Shown here: in pieces, positions 37,000 to 47,259 of the stretch
Numbering within the stretch: position 1 is the first letter of the stretch
Layout of the letters: each line of letters begins with the position of its first letter
Origin: Neophaeotheca triangularis
Lineage: Eukaryota
Assembly: GCA_054600435.1 (NCBI GenBank)
Contig: BAAIJX010000002.1
Coordinates: 558,001-622,000, forward strand
DNA: 64,000 nucleotides
Reading direction: 5' to 3'
The notes under the pieces: generated by a model
Seen by the model: only the letters and a program-made list of their open reading frames with translations
Told to the model about the DNA's origin: nothing
Database searches by the model: none
Made by a program: the position numbers and the translations under genes

Positions 37000-38187
37000 C
37001 GGAAATCCACGCCACCTTGACGTTTGAATCGATTCCAGCCGTCTCAATGGGCGTGATGTGCAAGCTGGAGCCCCAGCCAGTATCCCAACCTCCCGCAGTT
37101 GTCCAAGCGAACATCGAGCGAGCATACTCTTAGCTAACATTTAACACCCTCCTACCCCATCACCACAACCTAACCTTCAAGCACATTTTTACCCGGGACC
37201 TGAGAGCAACGACATGGCGCTACCAGTCAAATCAACGCATCCCAGCTTTGCCCCTACACAGAAGATGCCGCACCTCCCGCGCTAAGGGTCGCACGGCGCA
37301 AACAGCCCATCTTACCATCATAACACACGCCATCATAGTACAGAGACAAGGAAAAGCTAGCCACTCGACCCCTCACGATCCCCTTCTCCGAGATTGGAAC
37401 AGGACATTCGGGTTTGTACTGTACACGCAAGCACCACGCGTATCGCAAAAGACCTCAGTGCAAGCGTCTAGCAGCTTGAGCACACGACCCTACTGCCCGA
37501 GTCCGGCCAGGAGACAGACGCTAGTAGTGCACATACATCGTCAAATTCAGATCCAAGACAATCACGAATCCACTGGTCCTTTTCAAGGCGATGCAGCTAT
37601 GAGCTACCCAACACATCGCCTCGTCAGTTTAGCCCCTTTGTAGTCACGTGAAAAGGCCACTCGCTCGATGAAATATCCGGTCTCATTCGATTTCATGCTT
37701 GGCCGCTTGCTGCTGAAGCCATCGGATCTACGGTTTCTTTGGTTTGCAAACTGGATCCTCACTCACCTAGCCGATGGATCCAGTGAGAGTGAGAGTGATT
37801 GTGAGAATGAGCGCTGTGGGAGACCGGCTAGGGATTGCGCTGCGAATTTTGCAGGGGAAGGCTCGGTTCGGTTCGAGCACCGGTTGACTAGGCGCTTGAG
37901 GATGTTTGTAGGTTGGTCGACTAGGCATGGCTTGGCTGGGGGACTGAGACCGTGTGAGCATGATTTACTTTGCTGAAAGGCGGGGCACTGGAACCTGCCA
38001 CTCGAAAAGACGAGGCTCCCTTGGAAGCGACGATGAGCGTCTACCTTTGCCATTCAAATGGAATTGCATGTTGCCAAACAATGGAACAGGAACTCTATTC
38101 GTAGTTTCAACGGGAAGAAGATTGAAAGAACCAATCTTTTCATTGTCCTTGGTTCTGCATCTGTTGGTTTTTCATTTTGGGGTATCT
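37000..38187 (+). ncRNA. Candidate structured long ncRNA, telomerase-RNA-like (ends approximate)
   Basis: No credible CDS. Template-like AACCTAACCT, many 7-9 bp helices with a crossing U-rich/A-rich pair, a UUCG hairpin, and Sm-like ATTTTGGG followed by a splice-donor-like GTATCT. Hand folding only. Confidence 0.4.
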
Positions 38188-38401
38188 GACAGACCGCCAT
38201 CTAAAACACGAGCAGCTAAGGAAAAGAAGAAGAGGTCGCCTCACGATGCCAGGGGGAAAACATCTGCGTCATTCTGCTGAATCCTGCTCAGGAGCTTCAC
38301 CGCAGTGAGCACGGAACTCGCCCCACTGAGACCCGCAGTATAGCCTATTCCTCGTATCACCTTGTCAGGTAGGCTTACGTCCAGACTTCCGACCCTCACC
38401 C

Positions 38402-41400
38402 TCACTGCTTCGCCTGCTGCACGAAACCAGTAAAGAACTTCCTAAACCCCTGCGCATCACCAGCTATACTGCTCATATAGCTAGCCACTGCATCGTCGCC
38501 AGCGCCCAAACCCCTAAGCTCACCCTCCAACTGCTCCCGGTAAGGACCGCCAATCTTGCGCAGAACGGTCCACTGCAGTGTCGCGGCCTCTTGGAGCACG
38601 CTACGCATCTGCGCATCCCCCGGATTGAAAGCGGGCGTGGAGAGCAAATTCCAAGGCATCGGAGCGAACTGGGCGAGGATGTAGGCGTCGAAACCAGGGA
38701 GAACAGGGGCGCTGGCACCGGAGCCGTCGAGAGCGACGTCGGGGCCGCCCCAGATGCTCGTCATGCGCGCAAGAACAGAAAAAGCGAGACGAGCGGCTTG
38801 CGGGTCCGAAGGGTCGCGGCAGAAGTGGTTGATGGTGCCCATGAAGGGTTCGAAAGTGCCTTGGTTGGTCGGTGAGACGAGCACCTGCCCGAGGTCGTTG
38901 TTGAGGATGACGAGGATGAAGTTGAGGTGTTGGAGTTTGAGTTCTTTGAGCTGAATTTCGTCGTCGGTGCCTTCGATGTTGGAGGAGAGGCCAGCGAAGA
39001 CGCGCTGCAGGAGGGGTGAGAGCAGCTGGTCGAGGATGGACAGGATTTCGCCTTTGAAGCCGTAGGTGACTTGAGCAAGCAGACGGAGGAACATGGCCAT
39101 TTCGTCGTTGGAACTAGCTGACGAGAGAAGGCCGTCGATCCAGCGTGGAAGCTGTGGCAGGATGCGCGAGCCTAGCACGCCCATAAAGCGGGAAAAGGTG
39201 TGGCGTGCAGCTGTGCGGATCTCGAGATGGCCCTTAAGCGCCTCGAGCGCCACAAGCACTGCTTCGCTGCCCTCTTGAAATTCGGCAGATACTTCACTCG
39301 GTGGCTGAGTGCTGGTGGACTGGCCAGGCGACCAATCACTGAAACCATAAGCGAGCGCGCCAAAGGCCATGACTATGTGGTGAATCTGGAGGATACTTCG
39401 GTCGTCGCCGCCCTTTGCGCTTTGAAGGTTGTTGTTGAGGTCCTGGAAGAGAGGGCCGATGATCGACTTTGCAATTCCAACCTTCGTCTCCGTAGGCACG
39501 GAATTTGTGGACGATACACAGCCGATAGCTTCGAAGAGGTAAAGCTGGCTTTGGAAGATAGCGTCGGCCGACTGGTCGTTGTCGTCGGAAGATATATCGT
39601 CGTCATTGTCCGTTGCCAACTCGGCCCGAATCACCAGTAGGTCGCCCACGGCCTGTACGACCGTCTGCGCAACATCGCCGAGCTTCGCACGCAAGTGCCT
39701 GACGAAGCGCTGGAAGAGATACCACGATCTTGTCCGCACCCTAACATGGTCACTGTGCACGAAGCTGACGAAGTTCTCCAGCACCTTTGGTATGCTGCTT
39801 GGGTTCTGCTCGAAGAACTGCACGTACCGCACGCAGATTTCCATGTACTGAAGCTGAACGGCGGGATGTGGGTAAGAGGCCAGGTTTGAGTCGACCATCT
39901 TGCTCATCATTTCCAAAAGGCGAGAGGAGGCGATCGATGAGGGTTTGCTCTTCTGGTACATGCCCCCGTTCTTAACAGCCATCTCGCCGAAAAGATACAT
40001 CTCGTGCAATGCAAGGTCCAAGTCTCTCCAATTCGGTTTGTCTGCTGTGTCCAGACGCTCAAAGGTGCTAGCAACGACACGGCTCAAAGTCTCAATGTAC
40101 ACACTTTCATCTACTGCAGCAACAGCTTGCTGCAGCACATGTAACCGTCTCCTGAGCTCCTGGAACTCTGCCTCGTCTGTCTCCTCCTCTTCATCACCCC
40201 ACGAGGCTGTCTCGTCGTACTTCATCTTCGCAATGATGCCATCCAGGATCGGTTGCAGCATTGCAGAGTAGTACGGAGGCAGGCCGCCAGAAGCCTTCAT
40301 GTACTTCCTGAACATGGTGATCAGGTCGGTAAGCGAAGGGATGACAGCCGAGCAGATCTCATCGTAGTCGTCCGAGAAGAAACGCAGCAAGGAGGGAATG
40401 AAGGTTTGCAACAATTCATCTGCTTTGGCGCGAGTCTCGCTCGAGACGTTGGGGGTATCGAGCACTTTTACAATATCGAAGACCACGTTGTTGACAAGCT
40501 TCGCAACCGTCTCCGATAGGTCCGTATCGTAGTGCGCTGTATTTCTCAATTCGGCCAGCGCTGGACTGTTCACAAGCTGCTCCACGATCCTCCCGAGATT
40601 GAGATACCGTATCAGTTCGATCTTGTCATCGCTCGGCATCTTCTTGCCCACCGTTTCCGTGAAAGTGTCAATCGCGGCATCCCTTGCCTTGGCCTCCTTG
40701 CTCACTGTTTCGAAGTTGCCCTGTTGCCCAGCCAACTCGAGCAGCGCATTTTGCATACTCGGGTTGACAACCAAGTTGATATCGATCCAGCTCACCCACT
40801 TGGCCACGGTCCTCAAACACATCTCCACTATGCTCAAGTCCATCTCCCGCCATCGGGATAGTATCTCTTGCCATGTGACTGCAATCTTGTTGACGTCCCT
40901 CGCCCGTACAAGATCTTTGAGCTCGTTGCTACGCTGCTGTTCCGGCGCGGATCGTGGTATCAGCACGTCTGCAATCTCATCGTGTACGCTGCCCACGATG
41001 CGCAAGTAGAGCATAGTAGCCACAGGGTTGGCAGTCCCGATGCTCTGGGAGTCTCCGGCGAATTCCCTGAAATCGTCGAAGAAGCTCGTCCATTCTGGGC
41101 CGTACAAGCTAGTGAAGAGGTATGTGATGGTTTGCGTGAGTTTGTTACTGATGGTCGCGCTGTCCCGCTCAGCCTCGTTCTGGACGTATCGTTGCCGTAT
41201 ATAGTTCACCAGGCTGTCTCGCACATAGACAAGTGTCCCTTGGTCGAGGTTTTGCGTTTGCACGGCATTGTTGACGATCTCGAGTGAGACGAGCCGCACG
41301 ACTTCTGAGGGGGAAGGTGATCGGGTGAAGAGGGTAAGGCAAGCCTGCCAGCCGTTAGGATCATCGCGTACTTGGCTGAGAAATTGGTAGGCCTGGGCGG

Positions 41401-41467
41401 TGAGGTTTTGGTCGGTTGAAGGGTGGTTGAAGGCAAGCTCAATGGCCTGCTCTACTTGGGCGTCCAT
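38402..41467 (-). CDS. LOS1: Exportin-T (tRNA nuclear export)
   Basis: 1021-aa HEAT-repeat karyopherin with NKL.Q, LKDLVR, WVSWIDI and EAEFQELRRRL segments. Confidence 0.92.
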   Translation of the reverse strand: MDAQVEQAIELAFNHPSTDQNLTAQAYQFLSQVRDDPNGWQACLTLFTRSPSPSEVVRLVSLEIVNNAVQTQNLDQGTLVYVRDSLVNYIRQRYVQNEAERDSATISNKLTQTITYLFTSLYGPEWTSFFDDFREFAGDSQSIGTANPVATMLYLRIVGSVHDEIADVLIPRSAPEQQRSNELKDLVRARDVNKIAVTWQEILSRWREMDLSIVEMCLRTVAKWVSWIDINLVVNPSMQNALLELAGQQGNFETVSKEAKARDAAIDTFTETVGKKMPSDDKIELIRYLNLGRIVEQLVNSPALAELRNTAHYDTDLSETVAKLVNNVVFDIVKVLDTPNVSSETRAKADELLQTFIPSLLRFFSDDYDEICSAVIPSLTDLITMFRKYMKASGGLPPYYSAMLQPILDGIIAKMKYDETASWGDEEEETDEAEFQELRRRLHVLQQAVAAVDESVYIETLSRVVASTFERLDTADKPNWRDLDLALHEMYLFGEMAVKNGGMYQKSKPSSIASSRLLEMMSKMVDSNLASYPHPAVQLQYMEICVRYVQFFEQNPSSIPKVLENFVSFVHSDHVRVRTRSWYLFQRFVRHLRAKLGDVAQTVVQAVGDLLVIRAELATDNDDDISSDDNDQSADAIFQSQLYLFEAIGCVSSTNSVPTETKVGIAKSIIGPLFQDLNNNLQSAKGGDDRSILQIHHIVMAFGALAYGFSDWSPGQSTSTQPPSEVSAEFQEGSEAVLVALEALKGHLEIRTAARHTFSRFMGVLGSRILPQLPRWIDGLLSSASSNDEMAMFLRLLAQVTYGFKGEILSILDQLLSPLLQRVFAGLSSNIEGTDDEIQLKELKLQHLNFILVILNNDLGQVLVSPTNQGTFEPFMGTINHFCRDPSDPQAARLAFSVLARMTSIWGGPDVALDGSGASAPVLPGFDAYILAQFAPMPWNLLSTPAFNPGDAQMRSVLQEAATLQWTVLRKIGGPYREQLEGELRGLGAGDDAVASYMSSIAGDAQGFRKFFTGFVQQAKQ

Positions 41468-42230
41468 GCTGTGAGATGGAGGCGAGGTCTTCGTGGGAGT
41501 ATTGTCAGGTATATTCGGTCCTGCGCGTGCGTGCGCACAGCTTAGTCGGAGGGAGGTTTATTATGCCATCTTGCTCCTTGGCCAGAGATGTGAGGTGTTT
41601 GTTGGGTCGGATGCGGTCGGTGAGTCGCACTGCAAGCGATGGTTTGCAAGGCTTGCTTGGAGGTTAGGGATCGTCCTAGGTTTTATTTCGTGGAATCTGC
41701 AAAGGCCAAGGTTTTCAGTGAGGTGTGTGGTACAGCAGATGAAGTCGGTTTCAGCGTTTCTGGAATGCAGAGTGTCTCGTGCTCAAAACTTTCACGCTGC
41801 TTTGAAGGTGGGGGACAAAGGCAGCAAGCAACGCAACGCTCGAAGGCACTGATCAAACGGGAGGGGTCGGGCAGCACCACTGAGTCAAGAGGCACACATA
41901 TCATTATTATTATCTTTGACAACATCACTCATTATCAAGATTATCAGGAAGCACACCACGCCATGTTAAAATCGTCTCAATAAAGTCGCACTACGCTACA
42001 GCGTGCAATGGGTATCCCGCGATAACAGTACAATTACACCTTTCCAGCTCCATGGCTATGCACGCACTCCCTTCAACTCCTTTGTAGCGCTGCATGACCA
42101 GCGTTTTGCTGAAGCTCTTAGAAAGAAGAGAAGAAACTTGGTGGTTGGTTATCGCCAATTCTTCGTTTGCGTAAAGAAGGCAGGACGGCCTTACGAAAGG
42201 TGATGGCTAGTCAATGTCCAGTCAAGACCC

Positions 42231-44009
42231 TCACGTGCCCCCTGAAGTAAATAGGGAAGGATCGATAGCGAACTCGGGGCTGGCCTGGCCGTCTTCGACC
42301 GTTGTGCCCGTGGCATTCAACATGCCCGTGTCATTTACCACGCCCGCATGAGTACCGTGCGAGCCTTTCTTGGTTGATTGTGCAGCTTGGGAACCGAACG
42401 ATGCTGAGCCGAGGTGGGACTCAAGCTGGCGCCTGATGTGATCAAATTCATCAAGCCCACCAATGTAGAAATCGTCGTCCTCGATGGCACGGTCTTCCGC
42501 CATTATTTCAGTACGCTGATTTTGCTCAATGGCAGCCTGGCGCTCGATCATCTGCTCGTTCACGTCGTCAACCGTCCAACCATGTGTCATCTCCATGTGC
42601 ATCTCTAACAGATGAACGGTCGTGAAGCGATATTGGCAGTCCTCAAGCAAGCAACCGTGCGGGCGATGTGCGTAAGATCCAGTACCGGTCAGAAGACCAA
42701 TCGAAGTATCTTCCCCCTTCTTGATCTTCCTAGCTTGCTGAGAACCCATCAGACCCATGTGTTTCGTGCGGATGTGCTCCTCAAGAGCGACCTTAGCGTT
42801 GACAGTGTGCCCGCAACCTTTGCCATCCCAGCCTGCAATTTTTTTGCTCTTGCCCAGGTTCGCTTCGCCGCAGACCCATGCCTTTGCTGGACCGTGGATG
42901 TTGCGAATGTGAACGTTCAGGTTCGAATTCCGGGTGAAGCTGCTACTACAGTCTTGGTACGGGCAAGGAAAGACGCGGCGATTGGCAATCGCAGTGTGCT
43001 CGACGTCAAAGTGGGCTTTTAGCACCGTGTCGTTCTCGAAAGTCTTGTTGCAAATCTCGCACGATGGACGATGAACCTCTTTGAGATGTGCTTGAAGTTC
43101 GCCAAATGTCTTGAAGCTGAAAGTACTTAGACTTTCCTCCTGAGGCCCTTCGGGACCGATCTTTGAAACGCAGGCATGGCAGAGGAAACGACTGCCCTCG
43201 TGCTCAAAAGCAACGTGACGTTTCAAGCCATTCGCGGACTTGAATGCTGCTCTACACTGTTCACCAGCCTCGTCGCCAGTCGATGACAAACGATATGTAC
43301 AGGTGTATGGCTTCTCGTCGCGCAGATGATCCATCTTGACATGTCTATCCAGTGTCTCTTGCTTGCGGAAAACACGGTCACAATCCGAGTGGGGACATGA
43401 GATCTTAACCCATTTCTTCTTCTCATCATGCGCGTCTCGATGACGACGGAGCCTTTGGTTCGTGGAAAACGCTGCTCGACACTCAACTTCCTCACCGTTC
43501 TTGACCAGCTTATAATCGCAGATGTACGTCTTCTCGGCGTGGCATTGGGCGTAATGGCGGGTCATGTGCTCGGATCTCAGAAAGTCCTTGTCGCATCCCG
43601 GATGAGGACAGGCATGGACGCGCTGATTGTCGTGCGTACGCTTGTGCTCCGTGAGTTGCGCTGGACGGCGGAATGACTTTTTGCAACCCTCTCTGTCGCA
43701 ATGGTGGATTTTCGGGCGCCAGTGCTTCTTCTCGACTCTTTTGGGCTTGGTGAGCTTGCTGTTCCTTGCACGCACTTTTTGGGGTGCAAGGGGGTCGTAC
43801 CTACTCTCTTCACCGTCTGCCTCTGGCGAAGAGCCATCGTCATCGTCGTCCTCTCCATCTTGAAAAAGCGGCTCTTCTGCAAAGGCCTCACGATCGCGCT
43901 CAGTTCGTGCCTCTTCCAATGCCTCGCACGCGCTGACGTCGAGACGAGCTCGCTTCCCCGGCGGCTCACCGGACTCAGCGAGTCTCTTTGTTCCAGCAAT
44001 TGAAGCCAT
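42231..44009 (-). CDS. Multi-C2H2 zinc-finger protein, TFIIIA-like
   Basis: About 9-10 tandem C2H2 fingers (C...GC.K.F.RP..L..H.RTH, CPHPGCDKDF), the architecture of fungal TFIIIA. Confidence 0.75.
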   Translation of the reverse strand: MASIAGTKRLAESGEPPGKRARLDVSACEALEEARTERDREAFAEEPLFQDGEDDDDDGSSPEADGEESRYDPLAPQKVRARNSKLTKPKRVEKKHWRPKIHHCDREGCKKSFRRPAQLTEHKRTHDNQRVHACPHPGCDKDFLRSEHMTRHYAQCHAEKTYICDYKLVKNGEEVECRAAFSTNQRLRRHRDAHDEKKKWVKISCPHSDCDRVFRKQETLDRHVKMDHLRDEKPYTCTYRLSSTGDEAGEQCRAAFKSANGLKRHVAFEHEGSRFLCHACVSKIGPEGPQEESLSTFSFKTFGELQAHLKEVHRPSCEICNKTFENDTVLKAHFDVEHTAIANRRVFPCPYQDCSSSFTRNSNLNVHIRNIHGPAKAWVCGEANLGKSKKIAGWDGKGCGHTVNAKVALEEHIRTKHMGLMGSQQARKIKKGEDTSIGLLTGTGSYAHRPHGCLLEDCQYRFTTVHLLEMHMEMTHGWTVDDVNEQMIERQAAIEQNQRTEIMAEDRAIEDDDFYIGGLDEFDHIRRQLESHLGSASFGSQAAQSTKKGSHGTHAGVVNDTGMLNATGTTVEDGQASPEFAIDPSLFTSGGT

Positions 44010-44617
44010 GTCTGGGAATGGCCGTTGGCTGATGTGTAGAACGGGTGGGTCCGCAAGTGAAGGTCGGTCAGGACCCTCGATTCTAAAATTTAGTGGGTCT
44101 TGCGTCGGCTGACCTACCTGTCTCGGCGTCTTCGTTAGCCCAGCTCGGCGATTCCGGACATAAGCACGCCGAAGGACTTAGCGATTCGACTCGACCGAAC
44201 TGCCTTTCTGCACCAACGACCAATCTTCACCTACTACAAGTGTACTGAGATGCTAGCAATGCAGCCATTGATATTCCGTGGTTTGCAAATTGTTGGCTAT
44301 CCGCCTGACAGACCTCCGCGATTGGTTTCCGGGAATCCTGCTTTTATGCCCGACCAAGATGAGCTCCCTCGAGGCTCGAACAGGCTACTTGCGCCGACCG
44401 CATCGTCAGCTGTATCCTTGGTCCGGAAGGATTCCTCTCCAGCAAAGCAGAGGGCCTTAGCCTTAGCTGCATGCTGACAGCGATGTTTGATAAGTGTTTG
44501 AAGTCCCCTGTCATCTCTTACTCTGTTTTCTTTTTTGCTTTCCTTGTTCTTGTGTTGTAAGTGTTCGGCTCCCATTACCCCAAGCCCAAAGCCATTCCTC
44601 TAGCAACTCCTCGAATC

Positions 44618-45114
44618 ATGTCTTCCTCAATGGCAGCCAAGATGAAACAGACCGCCGACGCCTTCATCCTGAGCTTTGAAGGCGACTGGGAGCTAGAGAG
44701 CGTAATGAAGCTTCGAGCACCTGAGTGCAAACACACCGCTCTTCCCGCATCGCTCGGTCAGCCCACCCTCAATAACGATGAATGGGCTGCCTATTTCCAG
44801 ACATTTGCCCCTTTGGTCAAGCATTGCAAAGTACGCTGCCCTCTTATAATTCAGAGGTGGGGATCATTTGGCTGACTTCTGTGCAGATGACGATCAAGGA
44901 CCATACCATCGACGTCGAGGCCAGGCGTGTGGCGTGCTACTCGTCCATGACTTCCAAGACGCCTGTTGGTCCGTTTGTGAACGAGTATGCCTGGTTCTTG
45001 ACGTTGGACGAGAAGGGTGAGAAGCTCGTCGATATCAAGGAGATGATGGACTCGGTTGCTGTCGGCGAAATAAGGAGGAAGCTGGTCGAGGGAGGGCATT
45101 TGCCTGGCCAGTAA
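44618..45114 (+). CDS. SnoaL/NTF2-like small protein (AusH/AusJ-like)
   Basis: LRAPEC.H..LPASLG and GPFVNEYAWFL..DE.GEK...I.E..DS motifs. Intron at 44831-44887. Confidence 0.8.
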
Positions 45115-45628
45115 GTAATGCTGCGTTTTAGCTAGCTGCTCAGTGTGCCGTGACCTGTCGCACAGATGGACGAAGCTCACCGGTTTCTCAAAGCCATACT
45201 ACTGGGAATGCAGAGCATGAACAGTCTGATTTGATGGTGTAATTGTTCTGCTCAGGGCGCAATGCACTTGTGATTTTCCGTCACCTTACCTTTTTTTCGG
45301 AGAATAGAAAGATAATACCTATAGCCTGCTCTTGTAAATCTATTGCAGTTCTTTTACATGTAAGGCCTCGTAGTTCAGCTTGTTCATGCTCTACAAAATA
45401 AAGGGCATTACTCGTTCAGCGTCTGATGTGCTTCTTCCAGCTCTCCTCGTTTTCTTGTCAGCATGCGAAATATGTAAAAATGCCAGACATATAGCGATGT
45501 GCCGCAAATCGCAGGCAACAACCAGCGTATAGCCGGCTTCAACATAGACAAAGGTAAGCCTTGCGTATCCGAGTGCATCGAACATCAAAAATTCGAGATT
45601 TTGTTCCCACTACATGGCGAGAGCAAAA

Positions 45629-45712
45629 AGGACGATCCCGGGGTCGAACCGGGGACCTCATCCGCGCTTTGTTGCTGTAAAGGATGCATCATAACCACTA
45701 GACTAATCGTCC
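45629..45712 (-). tRNA. tRNA-Val(TAC) with 11-nt intron
   Basis: Acceptor stem GGACGAT/ATCGTCC, anticodon stem CATCC/GGATG with TAC at 45679-45677, intron 45675-45665 after position 37, T-arm CCCGG-TTCGACC-CCGGG, followed by a T-run. Confidence 0.95.
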
Positions 45713-46219
45713 AAGCAGGACAGATGTGTTGCAACAATTCAATATAAACCCTTTTGTTGTTGTTGTATCTCTTCTCAACGCCACGACGCCTGATGCTTTG
45801 GCAATCTCTCAACAACATATCTTCTGGTATTAGCAGCAATTGGTGGAGGGCGTTCCTGGAGACACCCCTCGGTCGCATGCACTAGGAAATTCTGTCGCTC
45901 CGATGTGTCCGGATCGAATCCTGGATCCTTGGCAGTGTGGCACAGCTCTGTATAAACTACTGCAGATACTTGCCCAACAGCCTACCTATGCAGGATCCGC
46001 AAAGGCACCGAACCTCGTGCTGTATCGAGAGACCCTTTTCCGAGTCTTCGTAGTCTACGGCCAGGAACAGCACATGCACCATGCCATACACTACGGGCTA
46101 GAGCAAAGCGTTGAGTACGTCGAGACGTTCCACTCTGGCAGTCGAACTAATAGCATTGGCTGAGCATTACTGTAAAGACACATCTCCAATGGCCTAAGCA
46201 AAACATCGAGCGGGTATAC

Positions 46220-46945
46220 TCATCTTGCAAATCCGACGCCGGCGGAGCAAACCCAACAGATCCTCTCGTTCCCCGACATGGCGCACCCATCGCAAACCTG
46301 CCTGCTACAGCCTGCACATAATGTGTTCTGCTGCCCGTTTCCTGTCCCGTCAATCTCCATAGCATCTCCATAGCGCAACGGCCCTTCGCAGTCCTCGCAT
46401 CGCGCTTCCAGGGTTCCCAGCGTCGATTCAACAGTCGCTGCCATTGCCGGCATGTTCTGGCTAGGCGGCGGTCTCGAAATCTGCCAGAATGAATGGAGGT
46501 TACTTCTCTGGGGCTGATTGCTAGAGTGCTCGTATGTATGCTGTATTGTGGGAGGCGGCTGGATCTGGGAGGGTGGATTCTGGTTGCTGTGCTGCGTTCT
46601 CTGCGCTTCGTAGAGCTTCTGCATCGTGCTGGCTGTATCACATATCAGTCTATTATCCTGTTTTTGTGCCACCTAGGCTTCTGGCGATATACCATAAACT
46701 TCCATCTCCTCTGGCCGATTGTCGCGATGCCGTTTCCGTGTTCGGCTGTTTAGGTCTGAGTGTTCTTCAGGTGGAGGGCTGGAATAGGTCGGAAAGCCCC
46801 ATGTTGGCTTCTCTCGGTATATAGATTCTGTTGGTTTGGATTGATGGTAGAACTGTCCCAGAGGTGAGTCTGTCGGAGCTGTGCTGGTGTGAGACGGAGA
46901 GCTGGGGCAGTCGCTTGGGGATGCTCGTTTGCGTTTGAGTGCCAT
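46220..46945 (-). CDS. Conserved fungal hypothetical protein with C-terminal Cys-rich Zn-finger-like region
   Basis: LNSRTRKRHRDNRP..EVYAST..KLYEAQR after splicing 46692-46633; CEDC..CAGC..VCDGC..CWVC. Confidence 0.75.
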
Positions 46946-47259
46946 GGCTGCTTTTTGGGGGTTTGAGAGTGTGTTGGGATTGGCGATGTACTGCTTCGAT
47001 GTACTCGTCGATGCTATCCGCAATGTACGGGGGCGTTGGGTGTGTCGAAGATAGGATGGGGTGGTACAGTAGATGCGATGCAGATTGGCAGACGCGTTCT
47101 CACGCGTAAAGTGCAATCGCCAACCCGAGCTGCAGGCTTCAACGTCACTCTATCGGCTTCAACTCACAATCTCACTCAAAAGGTATTCTTGAATACATCG
47201 TGAACGTGAACGGTAGACATCTTGACCGTAATATAACACAAAGAAGACACCCTACGGAA

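Noticed and set aside
37248..38280. Short ORFs in the hydrolase-LOS1 gap
   Set aside because: Mostly non-ATG starts, no recognisable motifs and no coherent splice pattern.
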